A stretch of 64,000 bases of DNA from an uncultured Gemmatimonadaceae bacterium. Its GTDB lineage: Bacteria > Gemmatimonadota > Gemmatimonadetes > Gemmatimonadales > Gemmatimonadaceae. The translations under genes were made by a program, and so were the position numbers. Positions 34,008 through 42,895 of the stretch are shown in pieces (the first letter of the stretch is position 1; every line of letters begins with the position of its first letter). The DNA is taken from NCBI GenBank assembly GCA_963829055.1, contig CAWHHI010000003.1, positions 352,001 to 416,000 of the forward strand, written 5' to 3'. The notes under the pieces are model-generated. The model saw only the letters and a list, made by a program, of their open reading frames with translations. It did not search any database and had not been told where the DNA came from.

Positions 34008-35495
34008 ATGAAGGACGACGACCGCAACACCCTCGACCGCCGACGCTTTCTCAAGGTCGCCGGCGCACAGACCGGATTGCTCGTCGCGGCCGCACAGGGT
34101 GCGGGGGCGATCGCGCAGCAACAACAGCCGACTCCAGCACCCCGGCGCGCGCCGGCCGTCGTCACGCAGAAGTCGCCCGACATCGCGGTGATCGGTGCAG
34201 GTGCCTTCGGCGGCTGGACCGCGTACCATCTGCGGAAGATGGGCGCGCGCGTCACGCTCGTGGACACGTGGGGCCCAGGCAATTCGCGGTCGACCTCCGG
34301 CGAGGAGACGCGCGGCGTGCGGTCGTCCTACGGCGATCGACCGCACGGAGAACTGTGGGCGCGCTGGGCGACCGAAGCCGCGAAGCGGTGGAAGGCCTGG
34401 GATGAAGAATTCGACCGCACGTCGCAGGAGCGCGTCTTCCACACCACCGGCGACCTCATCTTCCGAAAGGACTGGGAGCCGTTCCTCAAGGACACGCGCA
34501 AGAATTGGGACACGGTCGGCATCAAGTACGAGGTGCTGACGCCTAACGACGTTCGGTCGCAATACCCGGTCATCGATCTCAAGGAGATCGGTGTGATACT
34601 CTACGAGCCGGGTGCGGGCGTGGTGCGTGCGCGCCGAGCGTGCGAGACCGTGGCCGAGGCGTTCAAGCAGCGCGGCGGCGACATCGTCGTCGCGCGAGCG
34701 CAGCCGTCGCTCGCGCAGGGCGATCGCCTGCAGGACATCGCGCTGTCCACCGGTGAGACGCTCAAGGCCGGCCAGTTCGTGTTCGCCTGCGGGCCGTGGC
34801 TCCCGAAGATCTTCCCCGAGTTCCTGCGGACGCGACTCCGCACGCCGATGGGGAACGTCTACTACTACGGCACGCCCATCGGCGACAACCGGTTCGTCGC
34901 GCCGCACATGCCGAGCTTCAACTTCACCGGCATCACCGGGTGGCCGTCGCTGCCTAACGACGCGCGCGGCTTCCGCGTGCGGGTGGGCGGCGGCACGCAG
35001 ACCGACCCCGACACGAGCCAGCGCTGGATCGACCCGAGCAACTTCACTCGGCCGCGCGCGTTTCTCATGGAGCGCTTCCCGCTGCTCATCGACGCGCCGC
35101 TGCTCGAGACGCGCTCCTGCCACTACGAGCTGTCCGTCACGCGCAACTTCTACATCGACACCCACCCCGAGTGGGCGAACGTCTGGATCTGCGGTGGCGG
35201 ATCGGCGGAGGGCTTCAAGTTCGGCCCGATGGTCGGTGACTACACGGCGAAACGCGTGATGGGCATCGCGGGCGACCCGGCGATCGCGAAGGGGTTCCGC
35301 ATCCCGAAGGAAGAGTTCGAGGAGCCGCCGCGCACAGCCGCCGACTCCGCGCGGGTCAAGGCGCGCGCCGACTCCGTCGCGAAGCTGAAGGCCGATTCGG
35401 CCAGGGCAGATTCCGCGAAGCGCGTGATCCCGAACGGTGCGTCATCCACCACCAGGCCCGACGGAGCAGCGAAGAAGCCATCGCTCTTCGAGTGA
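34008..35495 (+). CDS. Tat-exported FAD-dependent oxidoreductase (sarcosine oxidase/DAO family)
   Basis: DRRRFLK Tat motif, VIGAGAFGGW, STSGEETRGVR, SCHYE, GGSAEGFKFGP. Confidence 0.88.
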   Translation: MKDDDRNTLDRRRFLKVAGAQTGLLVAAAQGAGAIAQQQQPTPAPRRAPAVVTQKSPDIAVIGAGAFGGWTAYHLRKMGARVTLVDTWGPGNSRSTSGEETRGVRSSYGDRPHGELWARWATEAAKRWKAWDEEFDRTSQERVFHTTGDLIFRKDWEPFLKDTRKNWDTVGIKYEVLTPNDVRSQYPVIDLKEIGVILYEPGAGVVRARRACETVAEAFKQRGGDIVVARAQPSLAQGDRLQDIALSTGETLKAGQFVFACGPWLPKIFPEFLRTRLRTPMGNVYYYGTPIGDNRFVAPHMPSFNFTGITGWPSLPNDARGFRVRVGGGTQTDPDTSQRWIDPSNFTRPRAFLMERFPLLIDAPLLETRSCHYELSVTRNFYIDTHPEWANVWICGGGSAEGFKFGPMVGDYTAKRVMGIAGDPAIAKGFRIPKEEFEEPPRTAADSARVKARADSVAKLKADSARADSAKRVIPNGASSTTRPDGAAKKPSLFE

Positions 35496-35519
35496 CGTGA
35501 TGCGTGGGCCGATGAAGGC

Positions 35520-36408
35520 GTGAGCGATTCGCCACGACGCTTCGGCCGCGCGCTGCGCCTGAGCGCGCGTAAGCGGCGGATGGAACGCCTGTACGACGTC
35601 ATGTATTTCGGCGGCTGGCCCTCGTGGCTCGCCCGCCCGCTCGGCTTGCAGGGCCGCCTTCGACTCGAGACGCATCAGTTCTCGGTCGACGCCGGTGAAG
35701 GGCCGCCGGTTCCTCCGCTCCGCATCGCATTTGCCTCTGACCTCCACGGCGGTCCCGGCACGCATTCGGCCACGATTCGCCGGGCGTGTCGCCTGTTGGC
35801 CGAGTCGAAGCCTGACCTGCTGCTGTTAGGCGGCGACTTCGTGTCGTTCCACGCCCGCCACGTCGAGGGCGTTCTCGAGGCGATCGACGGCATCGACGCG
35901 CCGTTAGGCAGGCTCGCGGTGCTCGGGAACCATGACCTCATCGCTGACGACGCCTACCTCGTGCGCCGCCTCGCGACGATCGGCGTACGCACGCTCGTGA
36001 ACGAGAACGTGCGGTTGCCGCCGCCGTACGATCGGCTGTGGGTCTGCGGGCTCGACAACACTGAGCAGGGCACCCCGGACGGCCGCGCGCGCGGTCGCGG
36101 GGGCGGATGGCATTCGTCTCATGCTCATGCACTCGCCGGACGGCCTGTCAGCGTTAGGCGACGAGCCGTTCGCCGTCGGGTTCACGGGCCACGTGCACGG
36201 CGGCCAGTTCGTGCTGCCGGGCGGCAAGTCGCTGATCTCCTCCAAGGGCCCGTTCAGCCAGCGCTACCTCTATGGCGGTGTGTTCGAGCTCGGGCCGCCG
36301 GGCCAGCGCATCCTGCTCGTCAGCCGAGGCATCGGCCAGGGCTCGCTGCCGATGCGCTTCAACGCGGACCCGGAAGTCCACGTGTGTGACCTGTCATTCC
36401 GAGCGTAG
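35520..36408 (+). CDS. Metallophosphoesterase (YkuE-like), frameshifted near 36080
   Basis: SDLH, GGDFV, LGNHD, LMHSPD, TGHVHGGQ, VSRGIG. Confidence 0.88.
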
Positions 36409-36541
36409 TTGTCATTCCGACCGTAGTTGTCATTCCGAGCCGAAGTCGAGGAATCGAGATCGTCTTGGTAGAGGGGCCCGCCAACCGTCAGGATGGTCAT
36501 TCCGGAGCGGCGGTTTGTCATTCCGAGCGTAGCGAGGAATC
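36392..36541. repeat. CGTC-type REP-like cluster, copy 3 (tandem left arms)
   Basis: Five GTCATTCCG(A/G) arms in the same orientation plus GTCGAGGAATC and GGTAGAGGGGCCC core. Confidence 0.85.
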
Positions 36542-36603
36542 ATTTGACGTAAGACGTTATCAGTTATGGCGATAGGTACTCCGCTCGGGCCCTCAACCGG
36601 CTC

Positions 36604-36632
36604 TTGTTTTCGGCGTTTGTTCGGTATATTCT
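36604..36632 (+). promoter_or_regulatory. Putative promoter with SOS-box-like direct repeat
   Basis: TTGTTT-17bp-TATTCT with TTCGG-N6-TTCGG (TTTC-N7-GTTC) in the spacer. Confidence 0.4.
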
Positions 36633-36681
36633 GTTTCCCCGCCGTCGCCTGTCGCGTCGGCGCTGACGACGGGAGGTGCCA

Positions 36682-37380
36682 GTGCCGAAGCACGAGTTGG
36701 TGTTGGACGCAGGCGAGTACGCGCCGGTTGCCGACCGCATCACGCTGTTCTACGCCCGCTACCCCACTGGGCGCATCCTCACTCGGCTCATCTCGCGAAC
36801 CCGGTACGAGATCACCGTGCAGGCGTTCGTCTTCCGGTCGGTAAGCGAGGAGCGACCGTCCGCCACCGGTCTCGCGTCCGAACGCATCGGTGACGGCGAC
36901 ATCAACACCGTCGCCTGTCTCGAGAACACCGAGACGTCCGCCATTGGCCGCGCGCTCGCGAACCTCGGTCTCACGGCGTCGTCGCATCGGCCGAGTCGCG
37001 AGGAGATCGACAAGGCGAATCGCGAGCGCGTTCGTCGCGTTTCGGAGCCTGCGCCGGCCCCGCGATCGCCAGTCTCGCCGCGTGGCGGATCGGCGCAGCC
37101 TCCTGCGGAGAAGCCCGCACCACCTTCGCCGAGCCTAACGAGGCGTGCAGCTGGGGTGAGTGCGGCGGGTAGCAACTCGATGCAGCGCCGCGCCGATCGC
37201 GTGATGGACGCGCTCGATCTGCTCGATCAGGCCGAGCGCGCCGGCCTCCCGCACAAGCGCGCGCGGCGACTTCGCGATGCGCTCACCGAGCCGGCGGCGA
37301 GCGTCGTCACCGTCGAGCGTGTGGAGCGGATGATCCGCGCCTGGACCGCCGCCCGTCACGCCACGCATCTGCGCCTGTAA
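36682..37380 (+). CDS. Phage-type Rad52/Sak-like single-strand annealing protein (putative)
   Basis: GGGAGG RBS; YAPVADRITLFYARYPTGRI...ATGLASE...LENTETSAIGRALANLG...RPSREEI; Pro-rich linker and helical tail. Confidence 0.6.
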   Translation: MPKHELVLDAGEYAPVADRITLFYARYPTGRILTRLISRTRYEITVQAFVFRSVSEERPSATGLASERIGDGDINTVACLENTETSAIGRALANLGLTASSHRPSREEIDKANRERVRRVSEPAPAPRSPVSPRGGSAQPPAEKPAPPSPSLTRRAAGVSAAGSNSMQRRADRVMDALDLLDQAERAGLPHKRARRLRDALTEPAASVVTVERVERMIRAWTAARHATHLRL

Positions 37381-37407
37381 CACCCCGGTGTCAGTAGGAA
37401 GAGAAGG

Positions 37408-37575
37408 TGTCATTCCGAGCGATGCGCGCGGCGAGTCGAGGAGCGTTGTCATTCCGAGCGGCGCCGCGAAGCGGCGCAGTCGAGGAATCGAGTCCCTGCC
37501 GAGTAGAGGGCCCTCTACCCGGACGATCGCGATTCCTCGACTGCGCGCCTGCTCGGCGCTCCGCTCGGAATGACA
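37408..37575. repeat. CGTC-type REP-like palindromic element, copy 4
   Basis: TGTCATTCCGAGCG x2 ... GTCGAGGAATCG ... GTAGAGGGCCCTCTAC ... CGATTCCTCGAC ... CGCTCGGAATGACA. Confidence 0.88.
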
Positions 37576-37601
37576 CTGACAACCAGGCGGAAGCGCGAGC
37601 G

Positions 37602-38402
37602 ATGCGAATCGAGAGGCAGCAGCACGTGGAGAACGCCGAGTCGTGGACCGATCACGAGCTGTTGCAGCGAATGCGCCGCGACGATGCGGTCGCCATCCGG
37701 GAGTTCTACCGGCGTTTCACTCCCGTGCTCTGGAAGGAGGCGCGTCGCGCGCACGTGCAGCCCGCGCTGCGTGACGACCTCGCCATCGACTGTCTGAGCG
37801 ATTCCGCCATTCATCTCATGCAAGCGACCGTCGCCGTTCCGTCGAACCTGACGGGCTATCTCGTCGCCGCGTTCCGCCACCGGCTGGCGAACGATCGCCG
37901 CGCGACGAAGCGCCGTCTCGATGCTGGCGCCGCCGCGGTCTCGTACGGCTTCGACGAGCGGGTCGTGCGCGAGGTCTGCTCCGAGGCATCACTGCGCGCG
38001 AGCGCGGGGCCGGCCGCCGAAGCGCCCCCGCTATCACCCGTGCTCGAGCGGCTGTCGCGCGTCATCGACGCCGGCATCACCGACCAGGAGCGGCAGATCC
38101 TGCGCTGGATCAGCGCGGGCATCCCACAGCGTCTCATCGGTGAATGGTTGGGGATCACGCATAACGCGGCGCGTGTGCGCGTGCTGCGGTTGCGCGATCG
38201 TCTCATCGAGGTCGCGCTTCGATACGACGGCCCGTGGCTGCCCGGCGAGCGAGACGAGTTGTACGCGTTCTTCCGCCGCTGTGGTCTGTCGGAGCGCGCC
38301 CTCCGTGCAAGCCAGGCACGCGAGCAAGGAGCGCCGAGTGGCGGCGCACCGGAACGGAGCCGGCCGCAGGCTGGCCGCAAGTCACCAGAGGAGGACCAGT
38401 GA
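37602..38402 (+). CDS. Divergent ECF-like sigma-70 factor with C-terminal extension
   Basis: Region-2-like DHELLQRMRRDDAVAIREFYRRFTPVLWKEARR and LTGYLVAAFRHRLANDRR; region-4 HTH ITDQERQILRWISAGIPQRLIGEWLGITHNAARVRVLRLRDRL. Confidence 0.7.
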   Translation: MRIERQQHVENAESWTDHELLQRMRRDDAVAIREFYRRFTPVLWKEARRAHVQPALRDDLAIDCLSDSAIHLMQATVAVPSNLTGYLVAAFRHRLANDRRATKRRLDAGAAAVSYGFDERVVREVCSEASLRASAGPAAEAPPLSPVLERLSRVIDAGITDQERQILRWISAGIPQRLIGEWLGITHNAARVRVLRLRDRLIEVALRYDGPWLPGERDELYAFFRRCGLSERALRASQAREQGAPSGGAPERSRPQAGRKSPEEDQ

Positions 38403-39142
38403 GATACGACGACACCACGCCCCCCGCGTCCGAGCGCGCCGGTATCGAGCGCGCGAAGGACCTTCTCGTTCGCGTCGCGGGTGACCGCGCCATGGAGCGG
38501 CTCGATCCACTGGACCCGTCGGAGGCCCCGTTTCTCGAGTGGTACGCGCGCGAGGCGCGGTTGACGTTGTCGGCGGCGGACCAGCAGAAGCTCGAAGCCG
38601 GCGCCGATCGGTTCGTGCGTGCCGTGCTCGCTCGCCGCGGCGTCGAGCGGACGCGTGTGCGAGAGGTCGCGGCCGAACCGGAGAGCGCCCCGGCGTGGGA
38701 GGAGGGGACGCTGGCGCAGGTGGTCGCGGCGGCAGCTCGCGTTAGGCACGCACCGGCGCTGGAGCTGTCAGTTGCGGCTGGCGTCGGGCGCGAGCTCTGG
38801 GATGAACCGTGCGAACGCTGGATTCCACTGCCGGACGGCGCGCCGGACGGGCGCTACGTCGCGCTGCGAGTGACGGGCGACAGCATGGTGCCGCTGCTGC
38901 ATGACGGCGACACGATCCTCGTGAAGCTGGGAGATGAGCTCGTGCCTGACGCGGTAGTCGTAGCGCGTGTGCCGGATGGCGGGTACGTGGTGAAGCGAGT
39001 CGGCGGACTCGCGGGCTCGCGGGTAGAGCTGGAGTCGTTCAACCCGGACTATCCACCCATTGTCATCCCGCGCGATCCGTCGCTCGTGTTAGGCACCGTG
39101 CTGCTGCGCTGGTGCTCCCACGGCGATCGCTCGGTGCACTGA
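38399..39142 (+). CDS. S24 (LexA/UmuD/CI-type) autopeptidase lacking an HTH domain
   Basis: GAGGAGG RBS, GTG start overlapping the sigma TGA; cleavage site SVAAG, catalytic RVTGDSM and VVKR, LESFNPDYPPI. Confidence 0.85.
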   Translation: MRYDDTTPPASERAGIERAKDLLVRVAGDRAMERLDPLDPSEAPFLEWYAREARLTLSAADQQKLEAGADRFVRAVLARRGVERTRVREVAAEPESAPAWEEGTLAQVVAAAARVRHAPALELSVAAGVGRELWDEPCERWIPLPDGAPDGRYVALRVTGDSMVPLLHDGDTILVKLGDELVPDAVVVARVPDGGYVVKRVGGLAGSRVELESFNPDYPPIVIPRDPSLVLGTVLLRWCSHGDRSVH

Positions 39143-39257
39143 GACGCAGAGCCGAGCCGTCGAGTGACCATCGAGTAACAGGGCGGTGTCACTCCAGACA
39201 GAGGGGAGCGCGTCATTCCGACGCACTCGAGGTGTCCCGAGGTTCTGGAGGATGAAG

Positions 39258-39539
39258 ATGCGTCGCTTCATTGAGCTCGTCATTCGTGTTCGTCGGCTCG
39301 TCGCCCGCACCCCAGGAGGCGAGGCGGTCATCAAGGGACGCGCACAACGGACGACGAAGCGTCGGTTGGGCGGGAGGCTCACGGAATTCTCCTTCCGCCT
39401 CGCCTTCATGATCGACCTCGCGTACGTCGGCATCGGAGCACTTGGCGGCACGGCGGTCGGGCGAGCGCTTCCTGCGGCGCCGCCGCCCAGCGACCGTAGC
39501 GCGATGATCTGCAGCGCCTACCCGACGCCGGGCCGCTGA
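39258..39539 (+). CDS. Small basic hypothetical membrane protein
   Basis: GGAGG 6 nt before ATG; Arg-rich N-terminus then hydrophobic segment LAFMIDLAYVGIGALGGTAVG; followed by a hairpin. Confidence 0.5.
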   Translation: MRRFIELVIRVRRLVARTPGGEAVIKGRAQRTTKRRLGGRLTEFSFRLAFMIDLAYVGIGALGGTAVGRALPAAPPPSDRSAMICSAYPTPGR

Positions 39540-39545
39540 TGCTCC

Positions 39546-39577
39546 AACGCTCCGCTCGTCGCGACGAGCGGAGCGTT
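39546..39577. terminator. Perfect 32-bp palindrome between convergent genes (probable bidirectional terminator)
   Basis: AACGCTCCGCTCGTCG followed directly by CGACGAGCGGAGCGTT. Confidence 0.6.
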
Positions 39578-39610
39578 CGTTCATGAAATCAGTGTCGCCG
39601 TTGCGAGGAA

Positions 39611-41959
39611 CTACCGCCGCCACTGATACGCCACCTTCACGAAGAACCCGTCACTCCGCCGCTCGAGATCCGAGAAGCTCGACGGTTCGAGCCCTGCCCG
39701 CGTATCGCCATACCCGAAGAACGCCACCGTGCCCGGAGTCGGCTCGTACGACACCAGCCAGTCCGTCTGCAACGACCCGACGTCGCCGCCTGACACCGGC
39801 GACCCGGTTGATAGAAAGATCTGCTCCCCCGTCGGCGTCCGGAGCCCCGTGGTCCGCTGCGCCTGGTACTGGCTCACCACCCGGAAGAACAACGCCCGCG
39901 TCGGCTGATACTCCACCTTCGCGCGCGGGATGACCGTCCGCGCGTACTCCGACCCGTCGAACGCGCGGTCGAGCTGAGACAGTATCAAGCTCGCCTCGGC
40001 GCGCACACTCTTCGTCGGCCGCGTCGTTAGGGTCCCCGTCGCCCGCCACTCTCGCCCCTCCGACCCCTCGGCGAAAATTGGGACCTCGTTCCGCGCCACC
40101 GTCGCCGTCGCATTGAACTGGCGGAACGTCGGCGTCGTCAACGTCACCGACGCATTGATCAACCCCGCGAGCTGATCGTCGGGCGGCACGTACGGCTCGA
40201 GACCGTCCGGGCCGACGATCGCCAGTCTGCTGTAGGCCTGCTGGTCGAACGTGAAGAAGTTCCGCGACGTGTTGATGGATGCATTCCACCCGCCGCGGAG
40301 CCTGAACATCCCGCTGATCGACTCCTGCCCCTCGTACGCGTCACGCAGCCCGAAGTTGTTGTACAACCAGATCCGCGTCGGGCCGAAGAATGCCGTGATG
40401 TTCTCGAAGCGCGCTCCCGGCTTCCCGTAGTACGAGAACCGGTTGAAGCCGCTCGCGTTGATGATGCCCGTCCGCGGCACGAAGCCCGAGCGGCTCACGA
40501 ACTCCTCACCGAGTCCGCTGAACTTGTAGTTGAAGCCCCAGAGTCGGCCGGTGCGGTCGAGCTCCGCCTTCCATACCGGCGACGTCTTCGCCTCGGACGT
40601 GCCTAACAACAGGGAATCCTTCGTGTACGAACCGCCGACCTGCGTCTCGAAGTAGTACATGCGTCCGAACACGTAGCGGAGATCGGTGGCGACAACGGTG
40701 TTCGTCGTGTCGCCGGCGCGGCGATCCGTCAGCGTCAACGCGATCGTCGAGTTACCACCGAAGTCTCGACGCAGTCGCGCGACGTTGAACAGCGCCTTGT
40801 CGCAGTCCCGCCCGATCTCGACGCCGTTCACGAACCGCGTCGGGCACGACACATCGTCCAGCGCGGAGAGATACGCCACGCTCACCGGGCCAAGCTTGCC
40901 GGTGACCTTCGCGCCCGCGATCGGCCGCGTGATCTGCCGCGTGTAGACGAGCTGGTTCGGCGTGTTGAACAGCTCGATCCCCTCGAGGAAGAACGGCCGC
41001 TTCTCGGCGAAGAACAGGGCGAATCGCTCGTTCACCGTCACCAGACTGGCGTCGGACTCGACCTGCGAGAAGTCGGGCTTCACCGTGCCGTCGAGCGTGA
41101 CGGAGGGCAGCGCGACCTTGAAGTTCACGCCGGCATCGGGATTGATGTCCTCTCGTTCGAACGAGCCCGCCGCGTTCTGCGCGCCGTTCCACTGCGCGGT
41201 GATGAACGGCTGCACCTCGGTGGTGATGCCGCGCTCGATGTTCGCGATCCCCGTCAGCGTCCCCGACTCGCTGAGAAAGCTCGCCGTCGCCCGGCGTGCG
41301 TCGGTCCACGTGTCCTCGAAGCCGGTGGACTGCACGTTTCGCACGACGTTGATCCCCCACGTCTGCGGATCGCCCGCGGGAAATCGGAGACTCTTGAATG
41401 GGATCCGGACCTCGACGACATACCCGCTGTCCGTCAGCTGCCCTTTGGACTCGAAGCGGAAGTCCGGGTTCGCGTCGATGTTGCCGCCGAACATGCTGCC
41501 GGCGCTCGCCGCGCCCTCGGTGCGTACGCCATCACCCTGCGAGCCTAACGGGTTGACGATGAAGAAGTACGCGCGCCGATGATCGTTGAACGTGTCGAGG
41601 TAGATCGTGACGCGGTCCTCGTTCCCGAGCTTGTCGCGGTCGGCGACGGTGGCGCGGATCGACCCCGGATTCTTCGCGTTCGCGATGATGGCGAAATAAA
41701 TCGCATCCTGCGAATAAAAAACCCGCGTCTCGGTGCGGTCCTCGGCAGGACGGTTATCGAGCGGCTGATACTGATGAAAGCCGGTGAGCCTCGCGGCCTG
41801 GGACCATGCTGGGTCGGTGAGCGACCCATCGATGGTGGCGGTCGTGGTCAGCCGCGGAATGGCGACGGCGGGTCGACCAGCTCCATCATAGGACTGACCC
41901 GGCGTGGCAGGACCCTGCGCGCCGGCTATTTGTAGTAGAAGAAAGGCGGTTGCAAACAT
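39611..41959 (-). CDS. CBM9-like + DUF5916 domain outer-membrane protein
   Basis: IDGSLTDPAW, YLDTFND, VNPLGSQGD, EVRIPFKSLRF, PDFSQVESD, EKRPFFLEG, C-terminal FFVKVAYQWRR. Confidence 0.85.
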   Translation of the reverse strand: MFATAFLLLQIAGAQGPATPGQSYDGAGRPAVAIPRLTTTATIDGSLTDPAWSQAARLTGFHQYQPLDNRPAEDRTETRVFYSQDAIYFAIIANAKNPGSIRATVADRDKLGNEDRVTIYLDTFNDHRRAYFFIVNPLGSQGDGVRTEGAASAGSMFGGNIDANPDFRFESKGQLTDSGYVVEVRIPFKSLRFPAGDPQTWGINVVRNVQSTGFEDTWTDARRATASFLSESGTLTGIANIERGITTEVQPFITAQWNGAQNAAGSFEREDINPDAGVNFKVALPSVTLDGTVKPDFSQVESDASLVTVNERFALFFAEKRPFFLEGIELFNTPNQLVYTRQITRPIAGAKVTGKLGPVSVAYLSALDDVSCPTRFVNGVEIGRDCDKALFNVARLRRDFGGNSTIALTLTDRRAGDTTNTVVATDLRYVFGRMYYFETQVGGSYTKDSLLLGTSEAKTSPVWKAELDRTGRLWGFNYKFSGLGEEFVSRSGFVPRTGIINASGFNRFSYYGKPGARFENITAFFGPTRIWLYNNFGLRDAYEGQESISGMFRLRGGWNASINTSRNFFTFDQQAYSRLAIVGPDGLEPYVPPDDQLAGLINASVTLTTPTFRQFNATATVARNEVPIFAEGSEGREWRATGTLTTRPTKSVRAEASLILSQLDRAFDGSEYARTVIPRAKVEYQPTRALFFRVVSQYQAQRTTGLRTPTGEQIFLSTGSPVSGGDVGSLQTDWLVSYEPTPGTVAFFGYGDTRAGLEPSSFSDLERRSDGFFVKVAYQWRR

Positions 41960-42027
41960 CCGCCCAATCTAGCCACGATGGCCCAGCCCGGCTCACCTAA
42001 ACGGTGTGCGAATGATGTGAGGCGCTC

Positions 42028-42233
42028 GTCATTCCGAGCGGGTCGTCATTCCGAGCGAACGACGTGAGTCGAGGAGTGCCACTCTGGGCGCATCGAGGAA
42101 TCCTTGACGTCCCGATCGAGGGGCCGTCCTCTACCCCGTGAGGCCGAGGATTCCTCGACTCACTTCGTTCGCTCGGAATGACGACGACTGCCGCTCGGAA
42201 TGACACGGCTCGGCACAGTCCGCTCGGAATGAC
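42028..42233. repeat. CGTC-type REP-like palindromic element, copy 5
   Basis: GTCATTCCGAGCG x2 ... TCGAGGAATCC ... GAGGGGCC/CCTCTACC ... GGATTCCTCGAC ... CGCTCGGAATGAC x3. Confidence 0.88.
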
Positions 42234-42234
42234 A

Positions 42235-42651
42235 ATGATCAACCGCGTTCTCGAAGCCTGCCTCTACGCCACCGATCTCGACGCCGCCGAGCGGTTTTAC
42301 GTCGACGTCCTCGGACTCGAGCGGTTCTCGAGCTCGCCCGGCCGCCACGTGTTCTTTCGCTGCGGAGACGGAATGTTTCTCGTCTTCAATCCGCTGAGAA
42401 CGAGCGCGGAAGCATCCAGCGTTGGCGGAGCGGTCGTGCCGACGCATGGCGCGACCGGCCCCGGACACGTGGCGTTCGCCATCCCCGATGCGGACATTCC
42501 AGCATGGCGCGCGAGACTCGATGCCGCTGGCGTCGCGATCGAATCGGAAGTGACCTGGCCGCGCGGCGGTCGCTCGATCTACGTGCGCGACCCCGCCAGC
42601 AACTGCGTGGAGCTGGCGTCGCCAAAGCTCTGGGGATTCCCGGATGAGTGA
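42235..42651 (+). CDS. VOC family (glyoxalase/bleomycin resistance) protein
   Basis: VLEACLYATDLDAAERFYVDVLGL, HGATGPGHVAF, WPRGGRSIYVRDPASNCVEL. Confidence 0.9.
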   Translation: MINRVLEACLYATDLDAAERFYVDVLGLERFSSSPGRHVFFRCGDGMFLVFNPLRTSAEASSVGGAVVPTHGATGPGHVAFAIPDADIPAWRARLDAAGVAIESEVTWPRGGRSIYVRDPASNCVELASPKLWGFPDE

Positions 42652-42669
42652 CCACGGAATTGGTCGCTC

Positions 42670-42895
42670 CTAGTCTTTCTTCTTGTCCGGCTTCCGCTTG
42701 TCGATCACCGAGCCGCCTGACGCCTGATCGCCCCAGCCCGCGTCGCCACGAGTGCCACTGCTCTCGGTGTCTGCCGTCATGTCGGGCTCGACATTCTGCG
42801 TCGTCGACGCGCTGCTCCTGCCCAAACCCACTGGTTCCGTGGGCGCCGTGTCCCTTCTTATCCGCGCTGTCGTTGTCGGTGCGCCGTTCCGCCAT
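42670..42895 (-). CDS. Small hydrophilic hypothetical protein, probably frameshifted
   Basis: GAGG RBS before ATG 42895 (MAERRTDND...), continues in another frame to DAGWGDQASGGSVIDKRKPDKKKD. Confidence 0.4.

Noticed and set aside
36392..36445. Tandem TGTCATTCCGA(G)C units as a CRISPR array
   Set aside because: No unique spacers, no cas genes; units are arms of the REP-like family
37407..37601. N-terminal extension of the sigma ORF (MSFRA...) and similar short ORFs at 26604, 36272 and 41997
   Set aside because: They are translations of the palindromic repeats
36682..39539. Prophage remnant (CI-like peptidase plus recombinase)
   Set aside because: No integrase, structural or replication genes and no att sites seen; composition and GCCTAACG motif density match the host
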